Shown here piece by piece: positions 12,251 to 26,503 of a DNA stretch of 64,000 bases. The position numbers and the translations under genes were made by a program. Within the stretch, counting starts at the first letter, position 1; each line of letters begins with the position of its first letter. The stretch comes from Tubiluchus corallicola (lineage: Eukaryota > Animalia > Priapulida), in assembly GCA_030141605.1 (NCBI GenBank), contig JAQGDQ010000080.1, positions 248,001-312,000 of the forward strand, read 5' to 3'. The notes under the pieces were generated by a model. The model saw only the letters and a program-made list of their open reading frames with translations, was not told where the DNA came from and did no database searches.

Positions 12251-14316
12251 TAAGTTAAAACTAATATTTTAAATGCATACCGACGTTTGATTGGTAGCCA
12301 AGGAAGACTATGCGAAGCATTTGTTGCACTGTCGTTGTTCCGTTATACATAGAACATAAGCACCAGATTGCTGGTTAATCAACACAAAATTTAATTGAAC
12401 AAAATCATAAAAAGTTGAAATCGCCGCCTTCGTCTTTCCTGCTTGTTTTCGCACATGCGCACTACACCTCAAACTAACATTACGTGACAGTCATAATTTG
12501 TAACATGTTTTGCAACTTTTGCAACTTGGTCGAAGTTATGAATGAAATAATAAATGAATGAAAGAAGGAATGAGCTAGATGCCTAGGACTAAAATGGGCT
12601 AGATTAATGGATAAAACAGATAGACAAAGTAATAAGGAATGAAGAGACCATAAACAAATAGCTCGATCAAACGAGCTAATAAACGAATAGATGAACGAAT
12701 GAATGGACAAATGAAGAATGAATAAAGAAATGTGTGAATAAATAAATCAACCAATAAGCGACTGATTAACTAATAACTGAAAAAATAGATGAATGAATTG
12801 ACATTTTAATGTAAAAGGAAATAGACAAATGAATAAATAAATGGAAAGAATAAATGGACGAACGAATAATTGCGTTGAGCTTACAGACGAATTACTTTGG
12901 AACGAATACGAAAGAGAAAAAAATTATAAGAGTTTATAATGTGCTCTTATGCCGTATAATTAAGCGGTATTTGTGTAGACTAATATTTAACTGCATGTGT
13001 AAAAGTAAAACACTGCAAAGGACCGCCCAGAAGGACCTAAAATTCCGTTTACTGCTGGGTGGATTAAAATGATGCTAATAGACTAATTTCTATACACTCT
13101 TCATTTAAACTCAGTACGCACGCATAATTTACCCGCAATTAGGGATCTTACGGCTGGTATTTTGAACTAAACAATTTTACAATTGAACCAAACAGCCGAC
13201 CACTATACAATTTTATAATCTCTGTTACTTACAGGCATTTCGTTTCAGTTATTATCTTTTATACAGTTCAGAACACTATTAGCAGATATCTAGCAGTCAA
13301 TAATCAACACACTAGGCGTATATATTACACATCGATTGATTGTGGCAATTCCGGACTTTCTGTTTAACAAGAATAATCCTCTATGATCAGATACTGACTT
13401 GGCAGAGGCCCCTTAGCCATGTTCTGATGCATCTACCTTTTATGAAATTAAATGACAGAGACAGTGAGGCAGGTCAAACCACCCAGAAGAAATTTTATTC
13501 GCGTCACTCAGTCCCAGAGACCTAGTGAATTAATTATAAAATGTCTGCCTTCTGGTTATAAAAATAAATTATATCTAATAGACGGCCCGAAACTTTTGCT
13601 CTACACTGCACTAATAAAGCCAAAGGTCGTAATTAACTGGATTCACCTGTCAAACAATCTGCTGTGATTATTTCATCTGCACATACGGATCAATAATGTT
13701 AACTGTGGTAGTGCCTATGACACTTCACGACATCAGAAAATGTATTAAAAGTTGGATACCATTATGATAGTTAATCACAATAGCTCAACAACCTTATGCT
13801 TTTAATTGAATTTAGATGGTAATATTTATTTGTCTGATTTTCGTATACATGTAATATATTTTTTCATGTCAAACCCACATGCTTTGTAATTAAGAATACA
13901 CGTGTTATATGTGGTAAACAATTATAAACTTGTCGTTACAATTAGCTTATATAGCTATGTTCATTTTCAGTTATTTACGGATCCAAATTAGTAAATTTAT
14001 CCAAATACCCTTGTTGTCTCCTTTCTGCGGCTAAGAAGCAAAGTTGCAACAATACGAAATAAGATGTAAGATGTTTTATCTAGGGGCACACCAAGAGACA
14101 ATAACTGGAGTTTGTAGACTTGCCATCAAGTTAGTAGCAAAGCTTTGAAAATATTCTGGGCCATTTCGTATTAAAATAATGGTAAAGTCCAACGAATTTT
14201 AGGTTCTAAACGGAAACAGGGCGTTCTGCAGGATTTTACTTAAAAGGTTCTTTGCGGATGCTCATTAACTTTTACATCTCGGAACGGCTCACATGTGTTC
14301 TCCCACACGCGCAAAA

Positions 14317-14542
<226 letters not shown>

Positions 14543-15549
14543 CTTTTTGTAATGACAGTTTAATGCGGTAATGATTTTTTGCCTGAATCTCATGTAGATG
14601 GTAAATTTTGACACGTTTTATACACAGCATCTCTATGTAGATGATACTTCTATTGTTCTCGGATTTTGTAACATAATTTTCCTTCGTTATTGATTTTTTA
14701 CATTGGTTCCGTATGCCTTGGTACTATTAGTGTCCTAAATATAACACTGATTATTGGTGCTATTAATGTCCTAAATATATATTGATTATTTTTTGCTTCG
14801 AAAATGGTATTTATGCCGAAACGATCACAGGATAAATAACATTTTTTTTCTAAATACTTTCGCGTAACTAATTGTTCTTTTAAAAAGTTATATTGCACCG
14901 TTCGCGTAGTATAACTTTGCAAAATGTTCACTAATTATTTAAGTTTTGTTTAACGATACAAAATTTATTAAAATTGAAAAGAAATTGTACCTTAAAAATG
15001 ATTGTATACCTATAGCGTGACTTACTTTATTAAAGTAACAGTAGTATCAAAAAGGCTATACTTACTAAAGATCTGTATGTCAAGTACTTTCGCTGCTTAC
15101 GAGATTTGTCTTTTTGAATCCATTGTTTTCACTTCATAAATAAGTTTCGATCAGTTGGGCGCAGCAAATAAAATGTGTGGAAGATACAGTTAGGTGTACT
15201 GACTTGTCGTGCTGAAGGATCAATCGAGTAACTTTGCAAAAACCATAACGTTCACGCAAAATTTTGGTTGACCGCCGTTCGGGTGATATCGAGAAGCACT
15301 GATTTAAGCGCTACACTCCTGAAGCCAGACTTGCGTTTCAGCGAATAGTGTAGATCCTAAAGTTGCGTCGCGCAGTTAATAACTTCAGTAATGCATGGCC
15401 CCGTAAGCACACTTGCTAGTTTTGGGGCATACTGTGCTATTAGAGATATATAGAACAAGTTTTATATAAATGGAGATATATATAAATCAAAACGTAAAAA
15501 ACAAAAAAGGTGAGACAAACGCTGAGTTGGATTTCAGCCTCTCAACAGA

Positions 15550-16358
15550 AGAATTGCTTTGACAAAGCTAAAACAAATTAACCCAAAAAAGGGCACCGGG
15601 TGGGATCAAATTCCTAGCAAGGCACTGAAACTGGTTGCTCATCAGCTATCTTATCCCGTATCATTATTAAGCGGTAGTTAAAAGTTATATGAGACAAAAT
15701 ACGTTTCCTTATGACTAGAAACTGACAGCTGTGATGCCGGTATTTAAGCCAAGAGATGCAGCGACACGGACAAACGCAAATATAAGTATTTTGCCTTGCC
15801 TTTCAAAAATTTATGAAGGTATAATTAGCTACAAGTTAACTAATTACATAAACCCATTATTTTGTGATATTTTTGTCTTGCTTCCGCCAGTCTTACGGAT
15901 GTCAAGATGTATTGCTGAAACATGTTGAAGATTGGAAACGATTAGATCATATAACACATAATGATTGACCTTAGTAAAGCTTTTGAATATTTACCTCACA
16001 GTCTGTTAAAGGAAAGACATATGGCGCGTTCAGACGTAGAGACTTCTCTAGCAATTTATTGCGCAACTTCTCTTGAGAGTAAAGTTGCAAAGTGTGCAGT
16101 GTCTGCAGTAAAGTTGCAAAGTGTGCAGGGTTTGGCAACTTCTCTCGCAACTTGTTGCAACGTGTGTACAGCTTATCAATTTCTCTCACAACTTGTTTGG
16201 CAACAACTTGCGAGAGAAGTCTCTACGTCTGAACGCGCCATTAAATATTACAGTTTGTCAGCAAATCTCACTGTTGCTTTTGACCGCCTACTTTTCCAAT
16301 CGTTTACAAAGAGTTAAACGCCAACAATATTACACTGAGTGGTTGCGGCTTAATAAGG
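15550..16358 (+). mobile_element. Degenerate LINE reverse transcriptase fragment interrupted by a MITE
   Basis: LKQINPKKGTGWDQIP, VMPVFK, ISILPCLSKIYE, IDLSKAF..LPHSLL, YFSNRLQRVK, with stops and frameshifts. Confidence 0.8.
16021..16241. mobile_element. MITE (Tourist/Harbinger-like), about 220 bp
   Basis: Perfect 28-bp TIR ATGGCGCGTTCAGACGTAGAGACTTCTC; internal AAAGTTGCAAAGTGTGCAG duplication. Confidence 0.88.
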
Positions 16359-16749
16359 TAATGCAATGTAATGTAATTTATGTTCACATCAGTACAACAG
16401 TACAGAACATATACATGTACAAAAATAAAATTATAACCAAAATAACAACATAATTAACATCATATCAGAACAATTTACATAGGTCCTACATATCGTAATG
16501 CAGAAAGCTGAAGAAGCTGAGAGCTTGTAAAAGCTTTAAAGGTGGTTCTCCAGGGATGAATTCTATTTAACGTGTTTGATTATGATTTATTTTCTAAATT
16601 AGACTGTTGCAAGCTGCTACAAGTTGTGTCTAAGGACGAGGCTAAACTTCTTAGCATCACAAAACATGATAAGCTATTATTCAATAAGCATATTTATAAC
16701 TGAATTTTGTAATCAGTCAGATACGTAGCTTATTGTGACGGTCTAGATC

Positions 16750-19700
16750 GCAAACTCAGAATCGAGGCGGCGCCGTAATCGTGCATAGCGGTTATGTTAT
16801 TGAAAACTACCTCAAAAAAGATTAGAAAATGTTAAAATTTAGTGGAATAACACATAGTTCGTTCAGATTTTACTTTGCAAAAACTAATGCCAAATCGAAT
16901 ATGAGTACAAACACGCCAGACAAGCAGAACGTAGATTTATGTTAAGATCGGGTTGAGAAAAGTTCGAGATTGATGAGTCAGCAGACTGAATAGCTGATGT
17001 ATATCCAACAAGGTGACAATTGAGTGCTGGAAATGAGCGCTAGCAATACACGGACAATAACATTGAATTTAGCCTCTACTCTAGCTGGAAAAATGCAGCC
17101 TACTTCAGACATTCAAAAATTAATAGAAGAATTCGAGAATCAACTGACATTCATTAGTATCAAATTTGCGGGGACTGATAGCTTTGTGGAAGAAGCCAAA
17201 TCGCAAAATTTTCTAAGCAACAAATTTGATGGTTTGCAAGAACATCTGAACAAATATCAGCAAGACACGGAACACGGAATATCTGAGAGAAGCAAGCAAG
17301 ATACTGAAAACCACAGTTTTCACATTACAAAACAGACTAAAGACTGCTGAAAGTGAACTAGACAAACTAAAACTATATGAGTGCAGAGACACATTGGAGT
17401 TCTAGTAATTCCTCATGAAGTTACATACGATATCGTGCTAAGTGTAGCCAGAAATATGGGAATCGACTTGCAGCCTCAAGGTATCAGCACTCGTACAATT
17501 AGCACATAGACTGGCAGCATCTAAAAACGGAGGACTTCCACGAATCATTGTAAAGTTCACAAGACGCGACAAACGGGATGAACTTTATGATGTTAGACGA
17601 AATGCCGAAAGTACTAAAAATCTTGATTATGCATCGTATACTGATAACCGGATCTACATAAACGAATACTTGACCTTAACAAGGAAAAACTACACAAACA
17701 ATGCAGTTACTATGCTAAGGACCACAAAATGAAGTACTGCTGGACAAAATACAGGAACATGTTCTTACGGAGAGATGATACAAGCCAAGTCATTGAAATA
17801 CAGTGTGAGGGGGACCTAGGTAAACTTTAAACTCGCTACAAGGTCTTATTGTATCACTAACTCAATTTACTAGCATAATTAATTAATGGAAAAAAATGTC
17901 CATGTGTACCCTATAAAAAATCAAAAATCCATTTGTTGTGATGTGTGTAATATGTGGGTGCACCTTAAATGCACCACGTTAAGTGTTTGTGAATTTAATC
18001 ATTATGCTCTATCTTCTGATGATTACATTTCTTTAAAATGTATAAATACATCTTTGCCGTTTCAGTGTATTGATGATGCTGTGAATTAAACGAGTTATGT
18101 TCAAATCTAACAAATCTATCTTCTTTGCTTGATTTTCTTACGCTCGCAAAACTCAAATGGGATGATGTTGATCCTGATGCACATCTTACCACGTTTGATA
18201 GCAAATACTACAATTTGCATGCTCAAGAGACGAACTTTAATTTAAAAAAGTCCAATAATGATTTATTAATAGTACATTTTAATCTCAATAGTATTCAGAA
18301 GAGGCATTCTAACATGCTAGAAGTACTCGTGCATTTCACTGTTCTTCCCGATATTATTTGAATACCGGAAACAAGACTGAATGAACTTTATCAATCTTTT
18401 ACAACGAGTTTACCTAACTATTCTTGCATGTTGATTCGAAAGCTTACGCAAATGGCGTAGCTTTATATATTTCAAATTGGGTTTGAGGCATACAGTAAAA
18501 GATGAGTACAAAATTAATTGTACTACAGAAATAACAACTACAAGTAAGAATTTTAATAGCATTACCCAAAATTCACACATACAAGTCGAGGATGTATGGC
18601 TAGATGTTGAAGTACCTGGTAAAAAGAAACCAATCACATGTGGTGCGATATATCGACACCCAAATACCATTGTTCAACATTTTTACAGCGAAATGGACCA
18701 TGTATTATCAGCCATTGGCAAGTGAGGAAAGGCTTGTTATCTGTGGCGATATTAATCTTAATCTTATGCAAATAGAAGAGAAAACATTTATTGCAGATTA
18801 TCTGAATTTACTCTACTCTAATCCATTAGTAACAGAGCCAACTAGAAAAGCCAACCATTCTCGGACACTTATTGATCATATATATATATATATATATATA
18901 TAGATTATTGCACGCCCCATTTAAGACATTGTCAAGAACTGAAAAAGTTGCTTTTTCTAAGCCATGGATAACTAAAGGTAATCTTACGTCAATAAAAACA
19001 AAAAATAGGTTATATGAGGACTATAAGATCACAATTGTATCTAAAATTAAGCAATTTAAACAATTTTCCAATAAACTTAATCATCTCATAAATGTAGCTA
19101 AATGAAATTATTATACTACATCACTACGTGATAATAAAGCTAATATTAGAAAGATTTGGGCAACATTGAATAATTTGATCAATAGACAAAATAAGCCGCG
19201 CATAACTCCAACCAAACTAGTTATAAATCATGCTGAGATTACCGAACCCATTACTATCTGTGAATTTATAAACAATTACTTTGTATCGGTTGGTTCTGAT
19301 GTTCCAAAAAAGTACCATCTACTCCAATAACATTTGGCTCTTTTCTTAGAATGCCTAATCAAAACTTCGTCGTTTTTGGGCCAGTTATCGAGTACGAAGT
19401 TTTTTTTCACTATTGCTGCATCAAAAACAAATAAATTTACTGGATCCAAAAACGTCTCGAATCAGTTTTATAAAATTTCACAGCCCATTCTTACTCGATT
19501 ACTAACTATGCTATACAATAAATCTGTAAAAGAACGTGTCTACCCGATGTGTTAAAAATTGCAAAAATAATCCCAATTTACAAATTTGATTCTCCCTATA
19601 ATTCCACAAATTATAGGCCAATATCTCTTTTGTCACCTTTTATCAAAGATATTTGAAAAATTAAGTTACTCCAGGCTAGCTGAATTCCTTATAAAAGAAC

Positions 19701-22110
19701 AAATTTTAAATAAATTCCATTTTTGGATTCAGAAAAATCATTCTGCATCTTTAGGCGTATCAGAAATACGTGTAGTTGAAAACTTTTTAGCAAATACTGA
19801 TAAGGGAAAAACTGCTTGTGCTATATTTTCAGATTTGTAGAAAGCATTCGCCACGGTACAACATGACATTCTGTTGTATAAGTTATTACACTACGGTATC
19901 AGGGGAGACCACTTGCACTTTTCACGTTTTATCTAACCAACAGGAAACAGTTTACGTCTATTGACTCATCAGAGTCATGTCTTGCAAATATAAGCTGTGG
20001 TATCCTACTGGGTTCTACATTGGGTCCGTTGTTATTCCTTTTATAAATTAACATCTGTCAACTTGTTCTTAATTTAACACCAGGCTGTTCGCAGACAATA
20101 CAAACTTATTTTTAGCACACCAAAATATCAAAACATAAGAATAATCAGTAAATGTGGAGCTAGACAAGGTTAATAAATGGAATAAACTATTAATAAATTA
20201 TAAAGAAAAACAAAATATGTGTTAATTGGAAACAAGCAACATAACAATAATTTAAAGCAAAACCGGATCCAATCTTAAACTGTACGCATTCCGAACGATT
20301 ACATTACCATTCTACTGTACGCACTTCGGAAACGCAAATCGAGTGTGATAATTATTAGTTGTGATGCCCATTTTTCTTTTATTAGCACTTTGCACTCAGC
20401 ACTTGCACCGTGGAGATACCTGTATTGGACACAGTATGTTTTGTAAATCCACTATAAAGAAATAAAGTTTAAACAAAAAAACAGGTGCTGTACCTCTCAG
20501 TTCAGACGTGTTAGTTTCTGACGAACTACACTCGTTGGACAGCTCATGCGTGAGCACAGCGGTAAATTTGAAATTTGAATTATTATCTTAAAACTCGCCT
20601 AGTTTTAGTACAACACGCTAAATATCTTACAGTAGCACTGTACTTCAATTTTCGTTTGACAAACACGTGCAACACGCTCATGGAAAATTTTTGCTGTTGA
20701 AAATTACGTTAGTTTGTGATCAGTAGTTGGGCTTGGCCGACGTTAATTAAGTTTATAATCTATAATTTAATTATCAGAAACGCTTTTGCAGCATTAATTG
20801 TGTTCAAATGTCTACTTTTTTATCGGATTTGAAAATGGGGTAGTATATGAAGAATCATCCTGCCTTCCTTCAAACATAAATATGGGCGCCTGTAATATTG
20901 AATCTATTCAAGAAATCAAATATCTTGGTATATTTATAGATAGCAGAAAATACATGTAAAGCATATGGTCAACAAAATTAGCAAAATAAGTGGTGTATTT
21001 AGCTAGAAAACGACACTATTTAATGTAGATGCATTACGGCTCCTATATTCTGCTCTTGTCATGCCATATTTGAGTTATGGCATTCTTGCTTTGGGTACTG
21101 CTTCAACATCGTCTTAAAACCATTGGTTTCAATACAAAGTAAAATTATCAAACTTCTAACATTTACCAGTAAAAGAGAACACGTAACAACTTTGTATTTG
21201 CAATTAAATTTACTAAAGTGTATAATCTGTATAAACTAGAACTGGTCAAGTTCGTATATAAATTCAAAGATAATTCACTCCCGGATCTCTTTAGCAATTA
21301 CTTTAGCATGTAAAATTCTACCATTCTACTAGGTTTGCTAGTTGCTACTACCCAGTCTTATTTTATTGAAAGATTTAATTCATCTAAAGTATCTTTAAAA
21401 CATCAAGGATCTATGTCGTGGATTTCATTATCAGACCAATTAAAATCAAGTAACTACAATAAGTTAATTCTAAATTATAAAGAACAACTTGCTGCTGTCT
21501 GCAAATCAATGAGATATTTATTGTCATTCGTACAGCATCAAAATTTATTTCAAATTATTTGTCTGATACACTTGGTCCCAAATGTCTCAATATCTTTATT
21601 TCAAGAATTTAGTAACTGTATGTTTTAAATTATGATCCTTTATGATTTTGCTCTAGGCATAATGTGTAAAATCATTTCGCAATAACTTGCGTTTGGTTCA
21701 GTTTTAGATGCTTTAGTTGTCTTCATTCGATTACCATATTTTATTTATGTACTTAGTGTACTTATACAGGTATATTTTTTCATTATTACGACACCTTAAG
21801 TTTTTTGTTTGATTTACATTTGACTTAGTCTTTCTTTAGTTTGATTTATTATAAGTTTCTCGACATCTTTAATTGAAAATTCTCCTGTTTTTGTTTTTGT
21901 TGCCTGACATTGAAGTTAATGCCCAAATTACGCATTTTCTGTTATGTTATTTTAAATTACCTTTCGTTTGTTCGCTTCGCATGATTTAGTTCAGAATTGT
22001 AAATTTTGGTTATTTAAATTATTTCTAGTTTGCTGCAGACACAGTGTATATATTGTTTATACTGTAATTAGATAAATCTTGAGGAGTTAATAAAAAGAAT
22101 TGAATTGAAT
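16750..22110 (+). mobile_element. Near full-length degenerate CR1/L2-group LINE (ORF1, then PHD-APE-RT ORF2, then 3' UTR and tail); 5' boundary approximate
   Basis: ORF1 remnants AHRL, IIVKF, IYINE.LT and KYCWTK end at TAA 17830. The PHD reads CCDVCNMWVHLKC. APE motifs are ETRL, GAIYRHPN, GDIN and TLIDHI. RT motifs are NYRPIS, DL*KAF, YGIRG, GSTLGPLLF, FADNT and KYLG. The 3' end is AATAAA followed by (TTGAA)n. Confidence 0.92.
20256..20869 (-). mobile_element. TTAA-flanked MITE family Y, copy nested in the LINE RT
   Basis: Reverse complement of 46863-47466; flanked by TTAA and TCAA; removing it restores the RT frame. Confidence 0.85.
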
Positions 22111-25100
22111 CTACGATTCCTTTATAGCTTCCAATTTCAGTACAGTCTTTAGTGGCACGTTTGTTCAAAAACTAGCCCTACAGTACTAGGGAAAAATACA
22201 AGTAGGATGTTTACTAATGATTTTTCGAGCTCGTATAACGAACTATCCTCAAGAGCAGGACTCTATGAAGAGTTTGAACAATTCAGTCAAAACCACCTAC
22301 ATAATATCAAACCACCCTGCACCAGACTATTAGCATAACCTAATTAGCAAGAAACCTTAACAAGACAACTGAGCTGTAACAAAAACGCGCAGATTCCTCG
22401 CTTTAATTCAGTGTCCTTCGTGAAAGAATCTGTCAACTTCAGAGCTGACTAACTCTGGAAACTATTTTAAATCTTGTACAAGCACAGTAAAAGCCAACAA
22501 GCTTACTAAACACCTGGAAAGCCTGCTCAAAATTAATTCTGTCTTTACTGTTTCTGATATTCTGTCCACTTTATGTTCTCATTATGTAAATTTTGATACC
22601 ATGGAAGTTATAATTTATAAAATAAAACTAATCAGATACTGCTACATCACCTTGTGTATTATATGTATGTCTGGTAACCCTTTTCTCTTTTCTATCTGCG
22701 TACATTATATGTTATGTTTCTACACGTGATGAATCTGCATAAATCATTTGTAAAATTTGCTATGTTTGCATCACGTGCATGGCCTGCAAGAGCTAGTATT
22801 AGTGACAACTGCGATGGTATGCATGCACGTATTCTTCACGATATCACACAGTCAAATTTACCCGAAAGCCTTCTCGCGAGTAATAACAGAGAAGTTAATA
22901 ACCAAAAAACTGTATAGGTGGAGACACTTTCTTAAATTTTAATTATTATAGCATTTTTGAGTTTCTGACTTTGTCAGTGATGTTCAACCAATGAAAATAA
23001 CAGATATTGCTTGATCATCTTATACATTATATTACCATACCACCATACCTTCATAGGCTGTTCTAAGGTTGTTAAAAATGTCCAATATTAATAAATTAGA
23101 CCTAGTAAAATCTGTGTATAAATATAAGTATAATATGCTATCAATCTTGTTTGCAGGTTATATAGAGTTATTTGATGTTAACATGAATATCCATTACACC
23201 TAGTTGACCTCAAAAAATTGTTTTTTGTTGTATCAAGACACACAAGTAATAGAGTAATTACTGCACTGTAAGCTACCATTACAAATCTCTAAAGGTTAAT
23301 ATCTAAATATAGTGTAACCGTTACTGATAAATATTATCTTGCTAGTGATTAAGAATCGTGTGTAATCCTAAACTTTTTTCGTACCTTTCAGTCTTGTGTA
23401 TAGAAGAGAAAGAACCTATACGCATATAAAATATACTGTACATGACTTTTCAATTAGCGGTATCAAGTTAACGAAAAGTAAACATGTATATATTTGCTTT
23501 AGGAAAAAATATTTTTCAATGACATAAGGCTATCTGGAAAATTACGTTGCGTAGCATACATCTAGCACTTTCTTACGCAAATTATTATTAGAACATGCTA
23601 TATTATTTCATGCTTATTTTTTATCGCCTCGGTTTTTTGCTTTCTCGTTGTATGTGGTCATTTGGTTGCAAATTTTTAGAATTTTTTACATAAATTACTT
23701 TTTATCAGTTTACACTTTCACTTTTACCAGTTTTTGCTACTTTATTGCTTTACGTTTTTACTTTTCCAGTTCTTGCTTTTTGTGGTTTCAAATAACTATT
23801 TAATTTACAAGAAGCTGTCTGCAGTCTTTTGCGTCAGATTTTTTTGTTAATTAGTATAATACTATGTGTAAGCCTATGTAATGTGTACAGTTATTTTATT
23901 AAGTAATCTTGCTGATATTTTATTATCATTTCAGTTTGGTTTTATCATTTCGCGCTTATTTCAGTTCTGCTTCCACTATTAATGAACAGCGTACATTAAT
24001 GTATACAGAGATGTGTACAGTAAATTTATTCCGAGATATGCATAGTATTCTGTGCACATCTGACAAACACAGTGACAAAAATGAATGTCAGTACATACAT
24101 AATTTTGTCCTCATTTAGTTCGACAGTTTTTGCTTTCGCTGCTTAAAATGTTGAAGCAGCATTACCTGTTGCGCTTATTTGACATCGAATCTTACATTAT
24201 AAGTCTTACAGTAGGGAATACGAATCGGATATCGTTTAGCAAACTTTCATGCTGCGGTATTTTTAGAGAATTAGCGTCGAACAGGGAGCCAAAGAAAGTT
24301 ATGTGCCCGAAATGTATTTTCACATAACTGTATATGACTACATATGTTTATAGATTATACATTATGAGCGGTTAGCACTTTTACTTTACATCAGATTTAC
24401 CGAAAATAGGATATGCAAACTTTCGTCACATTGAAATTCTCGCAACTTGATACCAAAGACTTACATCGCAAACACCGAGACCTTTATTTTAAGTTCTTAA
24501 TCGTGTTGGCTGTAAGTTCAGTTAATTAGCAATTACTATAATAGGCACCTAGTGCGAAAACAAATAGCGGTAATCTATCATTTCAGAACTTTTTACGTAG
24601 CGTTGTAACGGCACTGCATAGGCGTAAGCAGCCCCAAAACAAGATTTTTGGTGGAGTAATGAAAAAACAGAGACTTTAACTGTGTAACTTTTATCCGCGA
24701 GCATCGTACATCTAAGAGATAGTTATTGTTCATGTTAGGCATTAAGTTTTCTTAGCATCTACTTTTAAATTCATATTAATTGGAAACACAGAGGGATAGG
24801 CACATGAAACTTGTAGGATAGATACCTGGGATAGGGGCTCAGACAATGACATTGGTCAGTTTTGTGGCTACCTGACCGTTGGGCTATCGACTGGTAATGT
24901 TACTCAGTCGGAATGGTCAATGATGCGCACACTTTTCAGGTAGTATCTGTTTAATTTTGTAATGTGTAGTGTGCTGCTTTACGTCATTGATTTTTGTCCT
25001 AATTTAGTCAAAACGTGTCTAATGTATAATAAGATGTTTTCATGCAGCAATTAACTCACGATTAACTCAGCTATTTAGTGCTTGTTTTCCTTCTGAAAGA

Positions 25101-25841
25101 ACCCTGCAGAAAAATAGCTGGGATAACTTTTTTTAGACGTAATTGCAAAAATCAGTGAAAACTCTCCCATAATAGATTCATATAAGAGACCTGCAGACAA
25201 ACAGCAATACCGCTGTTTGTTAATTTTAAACCGTGGGCAGATAATGTGTATCTTCCAAAAAAGCACAAGAAAACATTCTTCATGAATAAACCTTAAAAAA
25301 TCCTCTTGAAAATTTCTGCATACAGGGCTTGCGTAAGCAGTAACGCTGCATAAAACTTATATAAACTCCCGAGATGACTGTTATGAGCAGGAACGGTAAG
25401 ACGTTTGAAATAAGTTTGAAAAAAATAATCAAAGCAGTCGTGACACTCTCTTCGCTAACTAAGCTAACGTTTAAATTACTTTATCTTGTCAGTAAAATCA
25501 ATAATATGTCATTTTGGTGAATCAGTGGTGCACACTAGAATAGCCGGGCAGTGCCTCTTCACCGGGTAGCATGGACATTTTAAGCTAATAAGAATTTCTT
25601 TTTAAATTACATAAGTCTTTCAGATAAGCGTACTGCCAAGTAATAAAACTTCGTATGCAAAGTTGTTTGGAATGTACTTTAAAATCTCCCTTTCTTCCCC
25701 GTTTAATATAAAATATAAACCACTGTAGCTATAAGTTTGATGTACTAAGTTGGAGTCGATACGTCAACAGGTGCATGTGATCTGCAGCAACAATGATCAT
25801 GGTAATAAAAAACAGCACTAATTTAAATAAACAACATCAAG

Positions 25842-25847
25842 TTTATT
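25842..25847 (-). terminator. Candidate polyadenylation signal for GPCR B
   Basis: AATAAA on the minus strand about 660 nt after the stop, followed by a GT/T-rich tract. Confidence 0.35.
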
Positions 25848-26503
25848 TTCTAACGAAACAAACACATAACGTTTACTGTAGTCATTACAACACCTCACTA
25901 TTTCAAGATTCAATCCATATCTAATAACGTCATTCGACTATGAAGAAATACGTTGCCTAAAAAATCTGCAAGCTATAGTTTAATAAAAATGGAAAATGAG
26001 ATTTAGAGGATTGTGAAATTTAGTGGAAAACGACGGGAATTTAATTCACATGTAATTTCTATCTTACTAAATCAAACTTGATTGCGCATAACTTTCAAAA
26101 AAGTCAAGTCTAACTTAAGGATTATTATAGTTGTTAGAAGTAAATTTTCGTTTTCATCGTTGAGTAAAAACCGGGATGTGTAATAAAGCTTTCACAGCTG
26201 AATAGGTCATTGATTCCATGTAATACGTACGTGGAAATGGTCGAAGCCTTAATGAAAGTGGAACTTTTAAAAACCTACGTGGTTTTGTTAAGATGCATCT
26301 GAATAATTCTATAACAACTGACTGCCTTTATAAAGCTTATTCTAAGGCTAAGGAAGGCATCATACTAGCTCCCTAATGACAGTTATAGATAATATGTCGC
26401 ATGGGAGGTGAAAAGGAGTGAAAATCGTAAACACACTATTGCCTAACAAATTTGCCTAATTACAACGTAGTTACAACGTGTTGTCACGTTTACATCGTTT
26501 GGT

